Source: Lama glama (lineage: Eukaryota). Taken from it: a stretch of 64,000 nucleotides of DNA. Shown here piece after piece: positions 51,406 to 64,000 of this stretch; the first letter of the stretch is position 1; each line of letters begins with the position of its first letter. The notes beneath the pieces are model-generated. The model ran no database searches, was not told the DNA's origin, and worked only from the letters and a program-made list of their open reading frames with translations. The translations under genes were made by a program, and so were the position numbers. Where the stretch lies: the NCBI GenBank assembly GCA_028534125.1, contig CM052816.1, forward strand, positions 22,446,001-22,510,000, written 5' to 3'.

Positions 51406-52191
51406 CTGGATTTACAAGGGAAAAAACTTTCATGCTCATAAATAAAAGCAGAATTCTACTTCAGATTCTCTCAGGATCTTAACGTAGTTTTAAAATTTCC
51501 CTTTATAATTCTAAGAATCTGGCCTAGAATACCTGCCCTCAGCTCTGGTATTTGTGATCTATGTGAATAATTTCAGTTGCTAAGTGGAAACTACTAGTTT
51601 CAAGTGATCATCCAGCTCATACAATGCTATCAAATGAAGAGTGTGAGCTCTTCTGCCTTTGTTAGTTAGATGAGGGGCCAGCCCGAAGTAGCAGATGAGG
51701 GTCTGATACACACTGAATTCCTCTCAAGTTAGAATCACTCTAAGCCAAAATGACCTTATCAGGCAGCTTCTCAAATTACAGATAAATGAGAATAAATCGT
51801 TTAAAGAACTGAATTCCCAGAAAGGAGCTGTGCGAAGTTCAGAAGATAGAATAGAAAGAAAATGCAAGATGTTGAAAAAATTGGAAGAGAAATTAGCTTA
51901 CCTGAATATCTTATCCAGAACCATCCTTTTCAAATCCTCCCTTAATTTCAGTATACTCAATCAGAGACAGCAGAAAAATAGTCAGAAAGGAGCTAAAGAC
52001 CTTTTTTTTTAAACATCTAAACCAACACTTTGATAGTGACAACTTCAAAGTTACTATGAAAAAATTCTGATTTTGTACAAATATGTTCGTGCATGAGTGG
52101 GAAAGGTACATAATCCAACAGGTGATAAAAAAGCAATCTGAACATCTGCTGCGTGTACATAAAAATGCATTTGTGAAGATAATATTCTTAC

Positions 52192-52344
52192 CAAGAAATG
52201 GAGGAAGGTATGAATCCAAGAACGAACTGTTCTCCAATTCCAGTTCATTGGGAAAACCCGCTTCTCTAGGCAATTTTAAAAATAGCTTACTTGCCTTGCA
52301 TTCAACTTCCTCCCAGAACTGGCTCATATAAACATCTCTGACCT
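52192..52344 (-). CDS. Candidate 153-nt exon
   Basis: Acceptor gtattcatgtttttccag, donor TTG|gtaaga. Single open frame (phase 1-1): VRDVYMSQFWEEVECKASKLFLKLPREAGFPNELELENSSFLDSYLPPFL. Not recognised. Confidence 0.35.
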
Positions 52345-53559
52345 CTGGAAAAACATGAATACTAACTGGAAAGAACCATTCAGATTCATCTCCAACGCAC
52401 AGCTAATATGTGAACTATTCGGTCCAGGAGAGCGGAGCACATTCCTGCCCGCAGCACACTGTCACTAGGCTTGTTCTAAGAGGCTAGCTACTAATCGTGA
52501 AATGCCTAATGTGGCAGGAGACTTCATACATGTGCCTTCAAATCTCTGCCACAAACCCAGTGAGTTAGCTACTATGATCTCTCATCTCAGGGATGAAGCT
52601 GAGCCTGGGTTAACCGCCCAACATCATTTACTGGAGTGGGAAAAAAACTGTCTTTGAAGCCAACACTCTTCATTCCATTTAAGCCTCTTGGAATCTTGTA
52701 TGTTCATCTAAGTAATAAATGGCACCTAGAGAGGCTCCTAGGTTTTTCTCAAATGAGTCTTTTAGAAACAGAAAACCCTAGGCACCTGAGAAAGGAAAAC
52801 ATTCCAAAATAACCTCAAGGGTTTGATGCTTGTTTAAATAGTAAGATGCTTCAGTAAAAGAAGCTAATGCTGCCAAGTACAGTCAGATACCCAGAACTTC
52901 AAGGTGAAGACAAATAAAGCTCTTAGCAGCATTACAGATAATGAAAATCATCAACAATTTCCTGCCTCCATTGTCTCTTGTTAATACTTTGGTCGTGCAG
53001 ACTGTCCTAATTTGATTGTGGGATTTTTTTGTTTTTGTTTTTTTGTTGTTGCCAAGAACTATAAACACAATGGGATGTAATAAAGTGGTGTTCTGGTTTT
53101 TTAAAAACTGTCATTATTATCCTCATTTAGTTTTGGAAACTAGATTTGACTTTACTGGCTAAGAGCAGAGCCCTCCACCTTTTCACATAAAGTGGGCCAG
53201 TCAGAAACCCCTGCCACGTCACTTCCTATTCATCAGTTTTGCAAAGGTGTCCTGGGGAAAGAGCCATGGCAAGCACAGAAATACCTGTAAAATGCTTTAG
53301 AAACTCTTCTGAGAATGATGTCTCTGAGACTGAACCACATTTATTAGGTGACAAACACACCCTTCTGGGCATTTATTTTATTAGTAAAGTAGGCTCAATT
53401 GCTCAATAGTCTCCCACAATCCTCGTTAACTGTACCTCCCACCAATTCCCATCTTTTTATTTTAAACAGACAGTGCAGAACCAGCTGCATGGTGCACATC
53501 CTAAATAAATGCCAATGCTGGGTACCTGAAAAGCAGTAAGGCATCCCTAAAAGGTACAC

Positions 53560-53745
53560 AGGCTGCTTCTGAGCCAGGCATCCTAAACTGAATTTGAGCT
53601 CTGACTGCTAAATATTTTATATAAGTAATGAAGCCTCCACTTAATTCTCTCCTATCAAATGGAGAGATAATACCTCATAGGGTGATTGTGGGAATAAAAT
53701 GAGATAATGTCTTTAAAGTACTTAGTATAATGCTTGTTATTTAGT
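53560..53745 (+). mobile_element. MIR
   Basis: aatggagagataatacctcatagggtgattgtgggaataaaatgagataatgtctttaaagtacttag. Confidence 0.75.
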
Positions 53746-54545
53746 GAAAATTTAGAATGTGCTTGGTTGTAAAGTATATGGCTGTGTCTGCATATAAAAT
53801 TCAGAAACATCTGCAAAATGAAAAAGGATGTCTTTACCACCAAAACTAAGAGTTTTAAGGCAAGGTAAGTTAAAAAGAATACAGATTTAAACAAAGTGAA
53901 ACAGATTTCTTTACTGAAGATGTCCCAAATTTGCCATAATAGAAGATTTATTCTATTATGCTAATACGTATTAGGAACCCACTAGAGAAAGCTATAATTA
54001 AAAAAAAATATGGAGCTTCACAAATGACAACCAGTCAGCTGCAGAGAGACACCTAAATGATAAATCAACACTCAGAAAAATTGTCACAGGGGGGTTTCAA
54101 GGGAGGTCAAGCCAATTTCCACTTCAGCCTGAAAGCAAAACACCAAAGGTAAGCAGAACAAGTTCATGAGAAAGAGGATACAACAGATTCAGAGAAAAGT
54201 GTTCTAGAGTAAATTATCTAAATTGAAGTTGTCACCTAGCCCTGCACACTTCCCCAACCCCTTTGGAAAGAGCTAGTACAGAGATGTATGACAGAGAACT
54301 CAAGATTGAGAAGTGTCTGGAGTATGTCACTGTACACTTGGGCTCAATCTTCTCATTGAAATCAGCTTTTCAAATCTACTGTTGATGCTGCTGTGAGGAT
54401 TAAATAAAATTGAGTCCTATCTTTAAAATACCAAACTATTAGACATTGTTATATTGAATGTAAGCTGGGACCACTTAGCAAGGAACAGATGAAGATAAGA
54501 CACGATTTACTACAAAATCTACTGAAATAATGGAATGGGACCTTG

Positions 54546-54717
54546 CTACTGAAAGTAGCAAAATGTGGTCCATGGACCAGAAGTATCAGTATTATCTGAA
54601 AACTTGCTAGAAATATGTAACTTTTTTTTTTCTTTGGTAGACTTACTGATACATAACCTGCATTAAAAAAAAGATATCTAGGTGATCTAGATACACATTA
54701 ACTCTGAAGAAGCACTG
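54546..54717. mobile_element. MER5B-like DNA element
   Basis: aaatgtggtccatggaccagaagtatcagtattatctgaaaacttgctagaaat...gaagaagcactg. Confidence 0.65.
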
Positions 54718-54796
54718 GCATAGCAGCTTTATAAAAAGAAACACTGAAAACTTGGTAGAAGCTGACCATAAAAAAAAAACTAAAAACAAAAGGTGG

Positions 54797-55623
54797 TGTT
54801 AAAAAGAAGTAACAGGCCCAAAATGGAGTTATTTGTGCTAACCCCACATGAGCAAACCAAGACTTTTCAATACCTAACTAAATTGCAGTTTCAGCCTCTC
54901 CCTGGAATATAACCTTTTACCAGTCAACCTGGAATTACCTGTCAGCACTAGTGAGGTGATCTACCCAACAGACTCCTTCCATTCCTCTTAAGAGGATGAC
55001 CCTGGCTGAAACAATGCATTCTTTGCTAATAAGTTCCTTTTCTAGCCCCTTTCTGCCTTTGCCAACCTTTCCTTTCCTACAGCTTGGTGGAGCTTCCTTC
55101 CATTTGGTAAATGGGATGCTGCTCCATTCACAAATCATTTAATAAAGTCAGTTTGATCTTTAAATTTACTCTGTTGAGTTTTTGTTGTTAAGGGATTTGG
55201 TAATAGCAATTGGATCTAAAGTGAACTTCTAAACAGATTAATTAAAAAAAACTAAACGAGGAAAAAAATACAGTGAACTTCTGACGGCATTTGGGGACAA
55301 CAAGAAATACAGGCATGGTACCTGAGTACCCCTTTTTGAGTTCACTGTCTTTTTTGCCACTTTCAAGGGCCACTGGTAAGTTCGTCTGGGTTCTGGGTTC
55401 CACTCTGTTATGATGAACTCCTGATTGAACTGTATTTCCAGTTCAGGGCTTAGCAAGTCAGCTTGTGGTGACAGACAGTTCTAGCTCTAGGGAATCTGAG
55501 TTCCTAGCCCTTAGTTCATTCAGACAGGAACTTTCCCTGTTCCAGTCTGTAGTCCCCATTTTCTGGAGTCAGCTGGTTTACTCGTTTCCCTAGTTCCAGT
55601 CTATAGTACCCATTTACTGGAGT
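54797..55623 (+). mobile_element. ERV1 LTR (MER34-like, ~54797-55192) plus start of internal region
   Basis: TG start (tgttaaaaagaagtaacaggcccaaaatggag), aataaa at 55141, followed by leader-like sequence. Confidence 0.7.
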
Positions 55624-56174
55624 CAAGACACGAGGGAAGGGAGCAGGACACAACCAAAAGAAAAGAATGACACAGCAGTTGAAGATTCGACTCCCAGTAG
55701 ACGTGGAGATTCAAGATGGCAGAAGGTTTGACTCCCAGTAGACCCCGAGCTTCATTATACACTCACTGTAATACATTAGCATGGTAAATGACACATCTAC
55801 AGATGCCACGACAGTTCTGAGGCTGGCCATAAAAGGTCAAAAAGTGGGAGGTGGTCCAGTTCCTCAGAATCCCTGCCCCTTTCCCAAAGAAGCTGGAATA
55901 ATCCTCCCACTTGTTAGTAAATGAAGCTACCGAACCCACAAAAACTAGCAACATCTAGCCTTGTGGCCTTTCATTCCCTCACCTTCTCAGATGCCCTGCA
56001 CTCTGTCTACGGAGTATGTATCTCTCTGAATAAATCTACTTTTACTCAACTGTGGCTCACTCTTGAATTTCTTCCTGTGTGAAGCCAAGGACCCATACTT
56101 GGCGAGGCACGGCCCAGGGACTCAACTGAGACCTGGGACGTGGCCATTCTCTTGCCCCACATTTTCCTGTATCA
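55624..56174 (+). mobile_element. MER41-like ERV1 LTR
   Basis: gcttcattatacactcactgtaatacattagcatg...atgccacgacagtt...ggaataatcctcccac...aataaa...ttcctgtgtgaagccaaggaccc...cctgtatca (CA end). Confidence 0.75.
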
Positions 56175-57530
56175 AAATGACAACTAGAAAACCTTGAATA
56201 TTTAAAAACTTTAAAACACACTTCTAAGTAACTCATGAGTTAAAAAGCGGCAAGTCATAATAGAACACAAAAAGTGCTTAAAACTGAATGATAATAAATT
56301 TTAAATTGGAGGAAAGAGTTAAATAATACTTACAAGGAAATGTGTCCTTAAATGCCTATGTTATGAAAGAATAAAGGCTCAAAATTAATAAAATCATTAT
56401 ATAACTTAAGAAATCAGAAATAAAGAATAATAAACCAAACAAAGCAGAAGCAGAAAAAAGTAATACAGTAAAATACAAACTTAAGAAAATAGAAAACCAA
56501 AAAAACACAGAAGATGAATGAAGGATAAAGCCTGCTTTTTTAAAAAGGTAAGTAAAATATAAAAATCTAGCCATATTGATAATAAAAAAAGAAAGAGAAA
56601 AAGCACAAACAAAATTTTATTATGAAAAAAGTATATGACCACAGACGCTATAGAGGTCAGGCAGATATCAACAGATATTCTGACAAACTTTATTCCATTT
56701 TACACACAGCAAATTGTCAAAAATGAAAATTTTGCACAATATTAAATATACTCAAAGATGTGAAGCAACAGATACTTTTAATACTTGTGGAAATATAAAC
56801 TTGTTCAGCCACTTTGCCAAACAGTTTATTATTCATCACAAACTGAATATGTAAATCATGCAACAATCACATCATTAGGTATAAAACAAAAATCAAAACT
56901 GAAAACTCTTGGACTTGTGTAAAGAGAAGACACGTCCAAAGATGTTCATAGGAACATTGTTCCAAATAGCAAGAAATGGGAATTTAACCCAAATGTTCAT
57001 GCATGGTAGTATGGATATATTTTGGTGTATCAAAAAATGAATAAAATTTTGCCCATTAGGAATGTTGTTCCTAATAGCCAAAAATGGGAAAGAATCAGAT
57101 TCTTCATTTGCAGTTGAATGAATATATTCTGTATATTTTTGTCTTGGAAAATATATAGAAAATAGATGAGTCTCAAAAATATAATACTAAACAAAAGAAA
57201 CAAGTCTCTGAAAATACAGCATGAATTCATTCATATCATGCCTGACAGCTGGCAAAATCTGATAGTACATTGCTTAAAAATAAATATATAGGTAGTAAAA
57301 CTATCGAGCAAAGCTAGGGAATAAAGAACATGAACTTTAGGATTGTGGTTAACATTGTGGGAAAGGAAGGAGAACAAGATAAGATCAGAGAGGTTTATTC
57401 AGTGCATTTCTAAGGTATTAGTAAAATTATATTTCTTAACCTGTGCAATAAGCACATGTATAATATTGATTGTTTTTACTTATATTTTACATGTACACTT
57501 ATATACTACTTCTGTGTATATGTTTAACAA
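56175..57530 (+). mobile_element. Old L1 (L1ME-like) ORF2 and 3' fragments
   Basis: acacacttctaagtaactcatgag, ccaaagatgttcataggaacattgttccaaatagc, gatgagtctcaaaaatataatactaaac. Confidence 0.7.
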
Positions 57531-58221
57531 AGAGACAAATATTTTTATATACAAAGAAAAAGAATAAAGATTTATGAATCTTTTATTTTTTATAGAAAGA
57601 AGATTCTGAATCTAAGAAAAGGAGAAGAAAAGAATACAGATAAAAGTTGAAAATGTTTACAAAGAATTAAAACAATGGGCCTTATAAACAAATATAATAA
57701 CCTAGTCCAGATGCAAAGGGGAGAAATATGATCAAGTACACAAAATTTTAAAAAGAGAGCAGGAAAATTACCAAAGAGAGGGTTTAGTTAAGGGCTTTCC
57801 TAGATGTCACCAAGCCTTCCGCATGGTCAAAATCCCCACCACCATCCTCCTTATACATGACAAAGTGTAGACACACTGGAAGGTAACGGAGATAGTCACA
57901 AAGTAGTGAGCAGAATGGGTGAAAGACTGCATCTGAATGTTCCTCTTAACTCTTATGTATATCTGCTCATTAATGGACACAGGATCGTTTTCATCTCCAG
58001 CACAGAAAAAGCTAGAGAAAAAGCATTCCTTTTGTGTCAGCGATCACTCACTTGAACAGAAACAATATACAGAGCTGGGTCCATTGGAGGTAACTTGGCA
58101 ACAGACTGGCTCTTTCTGATCTCAGCAAATACAGTATTTTTTTTTTCTTGTTTAGTTTTACAGTATCTGTAGAACCAGAAAACTGACATGCAAAGCCATA
58201 CTTAGATTCTTTCTAAAACAC

Positions 58222-58495
58222 TATAGTGGTAGGTACATGTCATTGTATATTTCTCAAGACCAATATAATGTACAATACAAAAGTAAACCCTAATGTAAAC
58301 TATGACCTTTCATTAATATTAATATTTCAACACTGTCTCATCAATTGTAACAAATGTATCACACTAATGCAAGATGGTATAATAAGGGAAACGGAGGGGA
58401 ATGGTGAGAGAGTATATGGGAATTCTCTCTACTTTTCACTCATTTTTCTGTAAATCAAAAATGGCTTCTAAAAAAGCCCACTTATTTTAAAAATT
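58222..58495 (+). mobile_element. L1MC/MB-like 3' end
   Basis: aaagtaaaccctaatgtaaactatgacc...gtatatgggaattctctctacttttcactcatttttctgtaaatc. Confidence 0.8.
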
Positions 58496-61002
58496 GTAGT
58501 AAACAGATTAACCAGAGTTGGAGATGAGGAGAAGAATGGGAAAGAATCCTCAGAAAAAGATGCTGATATGACATAATATAATGATAGCATTGAAGGCTTA
58601 AACATCAGGCTGATTCAATTCATCATTGGGCTTGTTCCTTTATTTAATATTTATTAAAACAGAAGAACTTCATTAATGTTATCATGGGAAGACAAGTATT
58701 CAGATCCAATGTAAATATATGTACTTTGTAGTTGAAGCCAAAAGAGAAAAGATTGAAGTTTATTTCATAATTCAAGTTTAGATTCAAGCTACCTCAGCAG
58801 CAATTGCAAGCAAATACCTAAACAAAGTCATTGCCAACACTTAGCTCACAGAATTAGCCAAGAATGCCAACAGAAGAAAAGCCTTCTTAAAATTATACAA
58901 CAAAAAGACCAAAGCATTTTCTTCCTGGGATCTGAGATGTGCTGTCTTGGAGGCAATGTGAGATGACTAACCAGGCTAGGACTTGGGATGTTCTATGCAT
59001 CCCTACAATCCTGAAAGGCAGAAAAAGGAGGCAACAAAATTACGGTGACGGGGGTAGGGGTTCTCAACCTGCTATACAAACTCTGAAATGAAGTATTTTT
59101 GTGAGCCTTGTCTTCTTAGGTCAACTGACATGCTACCTCTAATGTGACAGTTGAATATAAAGTACGTTAACATTTAGGTACTTAGATTGGTAAACCGAAT
59201 TTCTTTTTTAGGCCATATTATGAAACTGTTGCTTTCCAGATGGTCTGAGGTGGTACATGCTAGTGCACTAATTCCTCTTGGCTGAAGTAGTACAGGGAAA
59301 CCTGTCAAGTGGACAGGTTGGCAAAGAACTTTCCCCTCAAGATGCACTGAATTTAATCCACAGTAACTGACCTATTTACGTCATAGGTTGCTTCAGAGGC
59401 ATATTGTTGGTCTGTGCTAACGCACCACAAAGCAGGAAGGAAGCAGAGTGAGTTGTGGAAAGCCCTACGATAACAAAGGGGAACTTGTTTCTAAAGATTT
59501 TGCTCTGTTCCACTAGCTCTCTCTAGTGCAGCTTAATTTCTGACTATGAGTATGATGCTTTACCAGCTGCCGTGCTTTGGGCAGTGCTGTATCTTTCCCT
59601 CAGAGCACAAGGCTTTGTCACTGGATTGCCTGGGCTGCCATTTTTCTAATAAGAGGGTTACGCAAACTTAGGGCAGCAACTTCTTTCAAGATCCTAACAA
59701 TGACAGATGTTTCACACGCCTCCTAAGTGTCCTCACGTGTTTTAACTCCTGTAAACTACAACTTGAAAAATCCTCACAGCGTTAGAAACGGTTTTCAATC
59801 AACTGACTCCCTCAAATTCTTGTGCTGATGATCCAGCATCATTCCTCAGCACTTCTTCCCTTACTTCTCAGAGATTTTCTGAGCAGAGATTTTCTGAGCA
59901 GCTGCTGTCATACTGCATTGTATTTTTGGACACTAGATTTTGGAAGATTTTTACCACTTTTACTTCTTGGCAAGAAATGGAATAAGAAAGAAGGAAGACT
60001 ATAAACTATACACGCCTGGCCACTCCATTTGCTAGCTTTTCTCATGAGCAACTTCACAACAGATGGAGAAGATTCTTCTCAACTCCATGGCATTATCGTA
60101 AAGTAAATTTCTAACATAAAACATAATATTCATCCTGACTAATCTAAATATACCATCTTCACCAATTACAGAGATTTGTTTAAACTTGTATCTTCAGAAG
60201 TTTGCTCCTTTTAACAGGAGAAAGTAAAAAGTCAAAACAAATTTGTTTTTTTTTTTGACTCCTTTATTCCTTAATGAAAAAACTGTTTTCTTTTCATACA
60301 CAAAGTAAATTAAAAACCAAAATAAGTGAATACTTCTTTATATTAAATACATAATGTTAATAGGGATTGTTAATCTTCCAATGGATTCTGAGTAGAACAC
60401 AGATTAAATGATAAAAGGAAAAGGAAACATATTCTGAATGGTTCTCTCTGAAGCACACTATTCTTTTTATTTTATCAGAACTAAGAATTTGTGTCTATAT
60501 CTATGCTCTCCACCATCTACCTTAGATTGCCTGAAGTGCTAATTAGAAAATAATTAATATTTACTTTTGTTCCCTTCAATAACAATGATTGTAGGTCAGA
60601 ACCCAACACATGAGTGGAGAAAAGTACAGGAGACCATTGGAAACATAATTATAAAAGTGAAGACATCAGTCTTTGATAGAATAAAAACACATTTGGCACA
60701 AAGTTACCACTTTCAAATGCCATTATTTAATAAACAGACAATACAGTATTACTACAAGACTTTGAAACCTTCTAGTCAATAGCCTTACGCAAAACACTGC
60801 AAAACTAAGCAATAAAAAAACAGTCTTAAAAACTAGCTCAAGAATGTCTCTTCTCACACTCTGGAATAATGGAACAGACATAGGCAAATGGGATAATCAC
60901 ATAGGTCAAGTACTTTTCAAAATGATTCAAATCATTGTGATATTTTTCTCTAAAAGCCTGGTTTGATTTTTCATGTCCCAAGCAAACATGTTGAAAGAAG
61001 TC

Positions 61003-61518
61003 TGTGTTAGTTTTTGATGGTTGTTTAACAAATTACCACAAACTTAGTCACTTAGAACAACACTAACGAATTATCTCAGTTTCTCCGGGTTAGGAGTCTA
61101 GGCACAGACTAACCAGGTCTCCTGCTCAGGGACTCACAAGCCTACAGTCAGGTGTTGGCTGGGATCCATTCTCAACAGGAGCTAAGAGTCCTCTTCCAAG
61201 TTTACTCAGGCTGCTGGTAGAATTCAATTCCCTATGGCTGTAGGACAGAGACCCTCAGCTCCTAGAGGCCACCTGTTTCCTTGTGCAGCTCATGACACAG
61301 CTGTTTGCTTCTTCAAGGCCAGCAGGAAAGCTCCTTGCTTTGAAAGGGCTCACCTGATAGACAAAGTCAGGCCCATCTGGACAATCTCTTCACCTTTTCC
61401 ACACAATGATAACCACAGGAGTGATATCCCATCATAGGTACAGGTTCCGTCCACACTGTGCCTACGAGGGGACTGTACAGAACACTGGCCACTGGGGGTT
61501 ATCGCAGGTCCACCACAG
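61003..61518 (-). mobile_element. MaLR LTR (MLT1-like)
   Basis: tgtgttagtttttgatggttgtttaacaaattaccacaaacttag...ggtagaattcaattccctatggctgtaggacagag...ccaccaca. Confidence 0.85.
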
Positions 61519-62129
61519 GCCCTTTCCAATGAACTTGCTACTGACTTTCATCTCCTTCCTTAAACATAATACTTCCATGAACTATAGCTCTTCTTTCTTC
61601 TCCAGCTCCCACCCATCTTTCAGCAAAGTTAATCTGTCACAGAGAGATTTTAAGTCCTTCTCTTCCCTCCCTATTTTCTCTGGTTTCCAACTCTAGTCCT
61701 TCAAAAATTCCTGATTCTGAACTTCCATACACTCCTCTCTCATTCCATTTTCCCCCCGAAACAATCTCCTGTGAACTGCTCTGCATCTTAGATAGCCATC
61801 ACCAACCAATTTCCTAGCTTATTACTGCTATGTCCAGGCAATGATCTGTGCTAGATGAACCTAAACTCACTCCCTTCTCCTTGACGTATGTAATAGAAAT
61901 CCCACTCCAGGCAGCCAAGAGCACAGAACCTCCTCTTGCTCCAGCTCCACGTCAAGGACTACAGTGTCTTTTCAAGAAGGGCAAGACATCCTTATTTCTC
62001 ATCCAATCCACAGGTACTTGTGGCCCAGCTAAGTTCCTAGTAACCACCACAGAGAGTTTAGGGGCTCCCTTTTTCTGCCCAGTTCCCACTCATGGGAAGA
62101 GGCCCTACATCTCCTGTGTGCATGGCACA

Positions 62130-63770
62130 CTAAGAATATTGAGGCTCCCAGCTCATTCATAGGTCTGAGGTTCCAGACTAGGGAAGGAAAGTAATGAAGA
62201 CCAGAGGCTACCACCCCCCATCCAGTGCCCATCAACTAAAATAGAAGTGTCACTCAGAGAAAAACGTACCACTTGTTCCCAACCCTAGCTCTAGGGCCAT
62301 AGCTCAGAAATTCTGCCCTAGGGAAGAGAGCTCTGATGTTCCACGCAAGAGATCTTACTTTATTTGGATCAGAATGTTAAGTTTGAACCTAAGGGTCTAC
62401 TCACAAAAAATGGAGGTTTTGGTAGAAAGCAGTTAAGAGTGGGATAGTAGCTTAATTACACATAAAAACTAATCCACAGACCAGCTAGTTTACCAGAAGA
62501 ATTCAGGAAAAAGGAAAGCTACTAAGAAGAGCATTCCTGGAGTCAGAGCAAATCTCAAAAATTGGCCTCAACTACTCTCCCTGCAAAGGACCGTGAACGT
62601 AACTAGATTAGTCTGTGGCACAATTTATACCCTAGAGCACTGTTGAAAACAATGGAGTAATCAGTTAGTAATTAGAGGAGCTTAACAGATGGGTGTGGTC
62701 AGGGAAAGAAACAGTCTAAGAGACTGTGAACATGTCAAATGCTATAAATATCCCCTGAGGAGCAACACTTGAGAGTTCACAATGCAGGAAGGAAAGAGAC
62801 AAATAACCCAACAAGCTACTAAACAAATAAACAAGCAAACACCAGTAACAATCTCTATAGGAGGTTCAGGGCCGGGGGAGGGTGCTGGTAGGCAGAAATG
62901 TTCTAATATACTATCAGAATTGTCCTGTTTTTAACAAAAATGCAAAGAAACAGAAAAATGTGACACATACACAGAAAAATAAAAAAGCAAGCAATACAAA
63001 CTGCCTCTGAAAATAAAAGAGTCAGATTTAATTGACAAAGACTTGAAAGTAGTCACTGAAATATATTAAAAAAAAAAAAAACTAAAGGAAACCATGACTG
63101 AAGAAGCAGAGTATGAAGATGATGTCTTATCAAACAGAGAAATATACAGAGATAAAAACTATATAAAAAAAAAAGTCATATGGAAATTCTGGAGTTGAAA
63201 AGCATAATAACTGAAAAGAAAAATCCACTAGGGGAACTCAACAGTAGATTTGAACTGGGAGAACAAAGAATTAGAAAAACTTAAAGACAGATTGATAGAG
63301 ATTATGCAATTCAAAGAATGGAAAGAAAAAAATGAAAAATAAAGCCTCAAAGAAACGTAGGATGCCATTAAACTCATAAAAAAAACACATAATCAAGTAC
63401 TAAGAAGAGAGAGAGAGAGAGAAAGGAGAATGACAGAATAATAGATGTAGATGTCCCAGATTTAATGAAAAACAATCTACATACCTGAGAAGCTCAGTGA
63501 AATTCAAGTAGCATAAATACAAATCAACATGCAGACAATTCATAGTAAAAAATGCACAGAGCCAAAGATAAGGAGAAAATCTTGAAAATAGTAAAAGAAA
63601 AATTCCTTGTCACTTACCAAGGAATTCCAACAAACTTAATAGCTGATTTCTCATCAGAAAAATGGAGATCAGAAGGTAGTGGGAGTAATATACTAGAAAT
63701 GATCAAAGAAAAAAAAAACTGTCACCCAAGAATCATAAATCCAGAAAAAACTTATTTCAAAAATAAGGCA
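62130..63770 (+). mobile_element. Old L1 5' region and ORF1 remnant
   Basis: KDKEKILKIVKEKFLVTYQGIPTNLIADFSSE...CHPRIINPEKTYFKNK; ggaaattctggagttgaaaagcataataactgaaa. Confidence 0.85.
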
Positions 63771-64000
63771 GACTGTTAACCACTATATATACAAATAGAT
63801 AGAAAACAAATTTCTCCGGTATAGCACAGGTAACATTATTCAGTATCTTGTAATAATCTTTAATGAAAAAGAATATGAAAAGAAATAAATGTGTTTATAT
63901 ATGCATGACTGAGACATTATGCTGTACACCAGAAACTGACACACTATAACTGACTATACTTCAGTAAATAAATAAATAAACAAACAAACAAACAAACAAA
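63771..64000 (+). mobile_element. Young camelid-type L1 3' end with (AAAT)n(AAAC)n tail
   Basis: cactatatatacaaatagatagaaaacaaatttctccggtatagcacagg...gctgtacaccagaaactgacacactataactgactatacttcag, then the tail. Confidence 0.9.

Noticed and set aside
59869..59901. 15-bp tandem duplication cagagattttctgag
   Set aside because: Ordinary slippage duplication with no insert and no other signal.
1..64000. CRISPR arrays, operons or other prokaryotic-type systems
   Set aside because: The sequence is mammalian repeat-rich DNA with no regularly spaced repeat-spacer array and no gene-dense coding structure.

Overview
Mammalian genomic DNA, very probably camelid (alpaca, vicuna or camel). The assignment rests on a tRNA-Ala-derived SINE with the camelid-type tail at 7571-7697 and on young L1 3' ends of camelid type. 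The window is AT-rich and dominated by interspersed repeats: old and young L1, MIR, L2, MaLR/ERVL and ERV1 LTRs, ERV1 internal sequence and MER5 DNA elements. There is a 500-N assembly gap at 33209-33708. It contains no long intact ORF, and the ORF-track entries are L1 remnants or chance ORFs. Most L1s lie on +, and several well-formed splice-site pairs, including 15-nt and 11-nt microexon candidates, lie on -. This suggests intronic sequence of a large minus-strand gene that I cannot name. The most notable observations are: (1) a 2.7-kb chimeric retro-insertion (L1 5'UTR/ORF1, an old L1 3' end, ~480 bp of unique polyadenylated sequence) inside an ERV; (2) a near-full-length miR-181-complementary site on the minus strand, mismatched at position 10; (3) the two microexon candidates; (4) tailless 5'-only retrocopies of an L1 5'UTR and of U2, each with TSDs; (5) an 85-bp L1 patch that looks locally templated; (6) a diverged ~120-bp local duplication. 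Repeat subfamily names come from recalled consensus sequences, and repeat boundaries are approximate unless TSDs are quoted.
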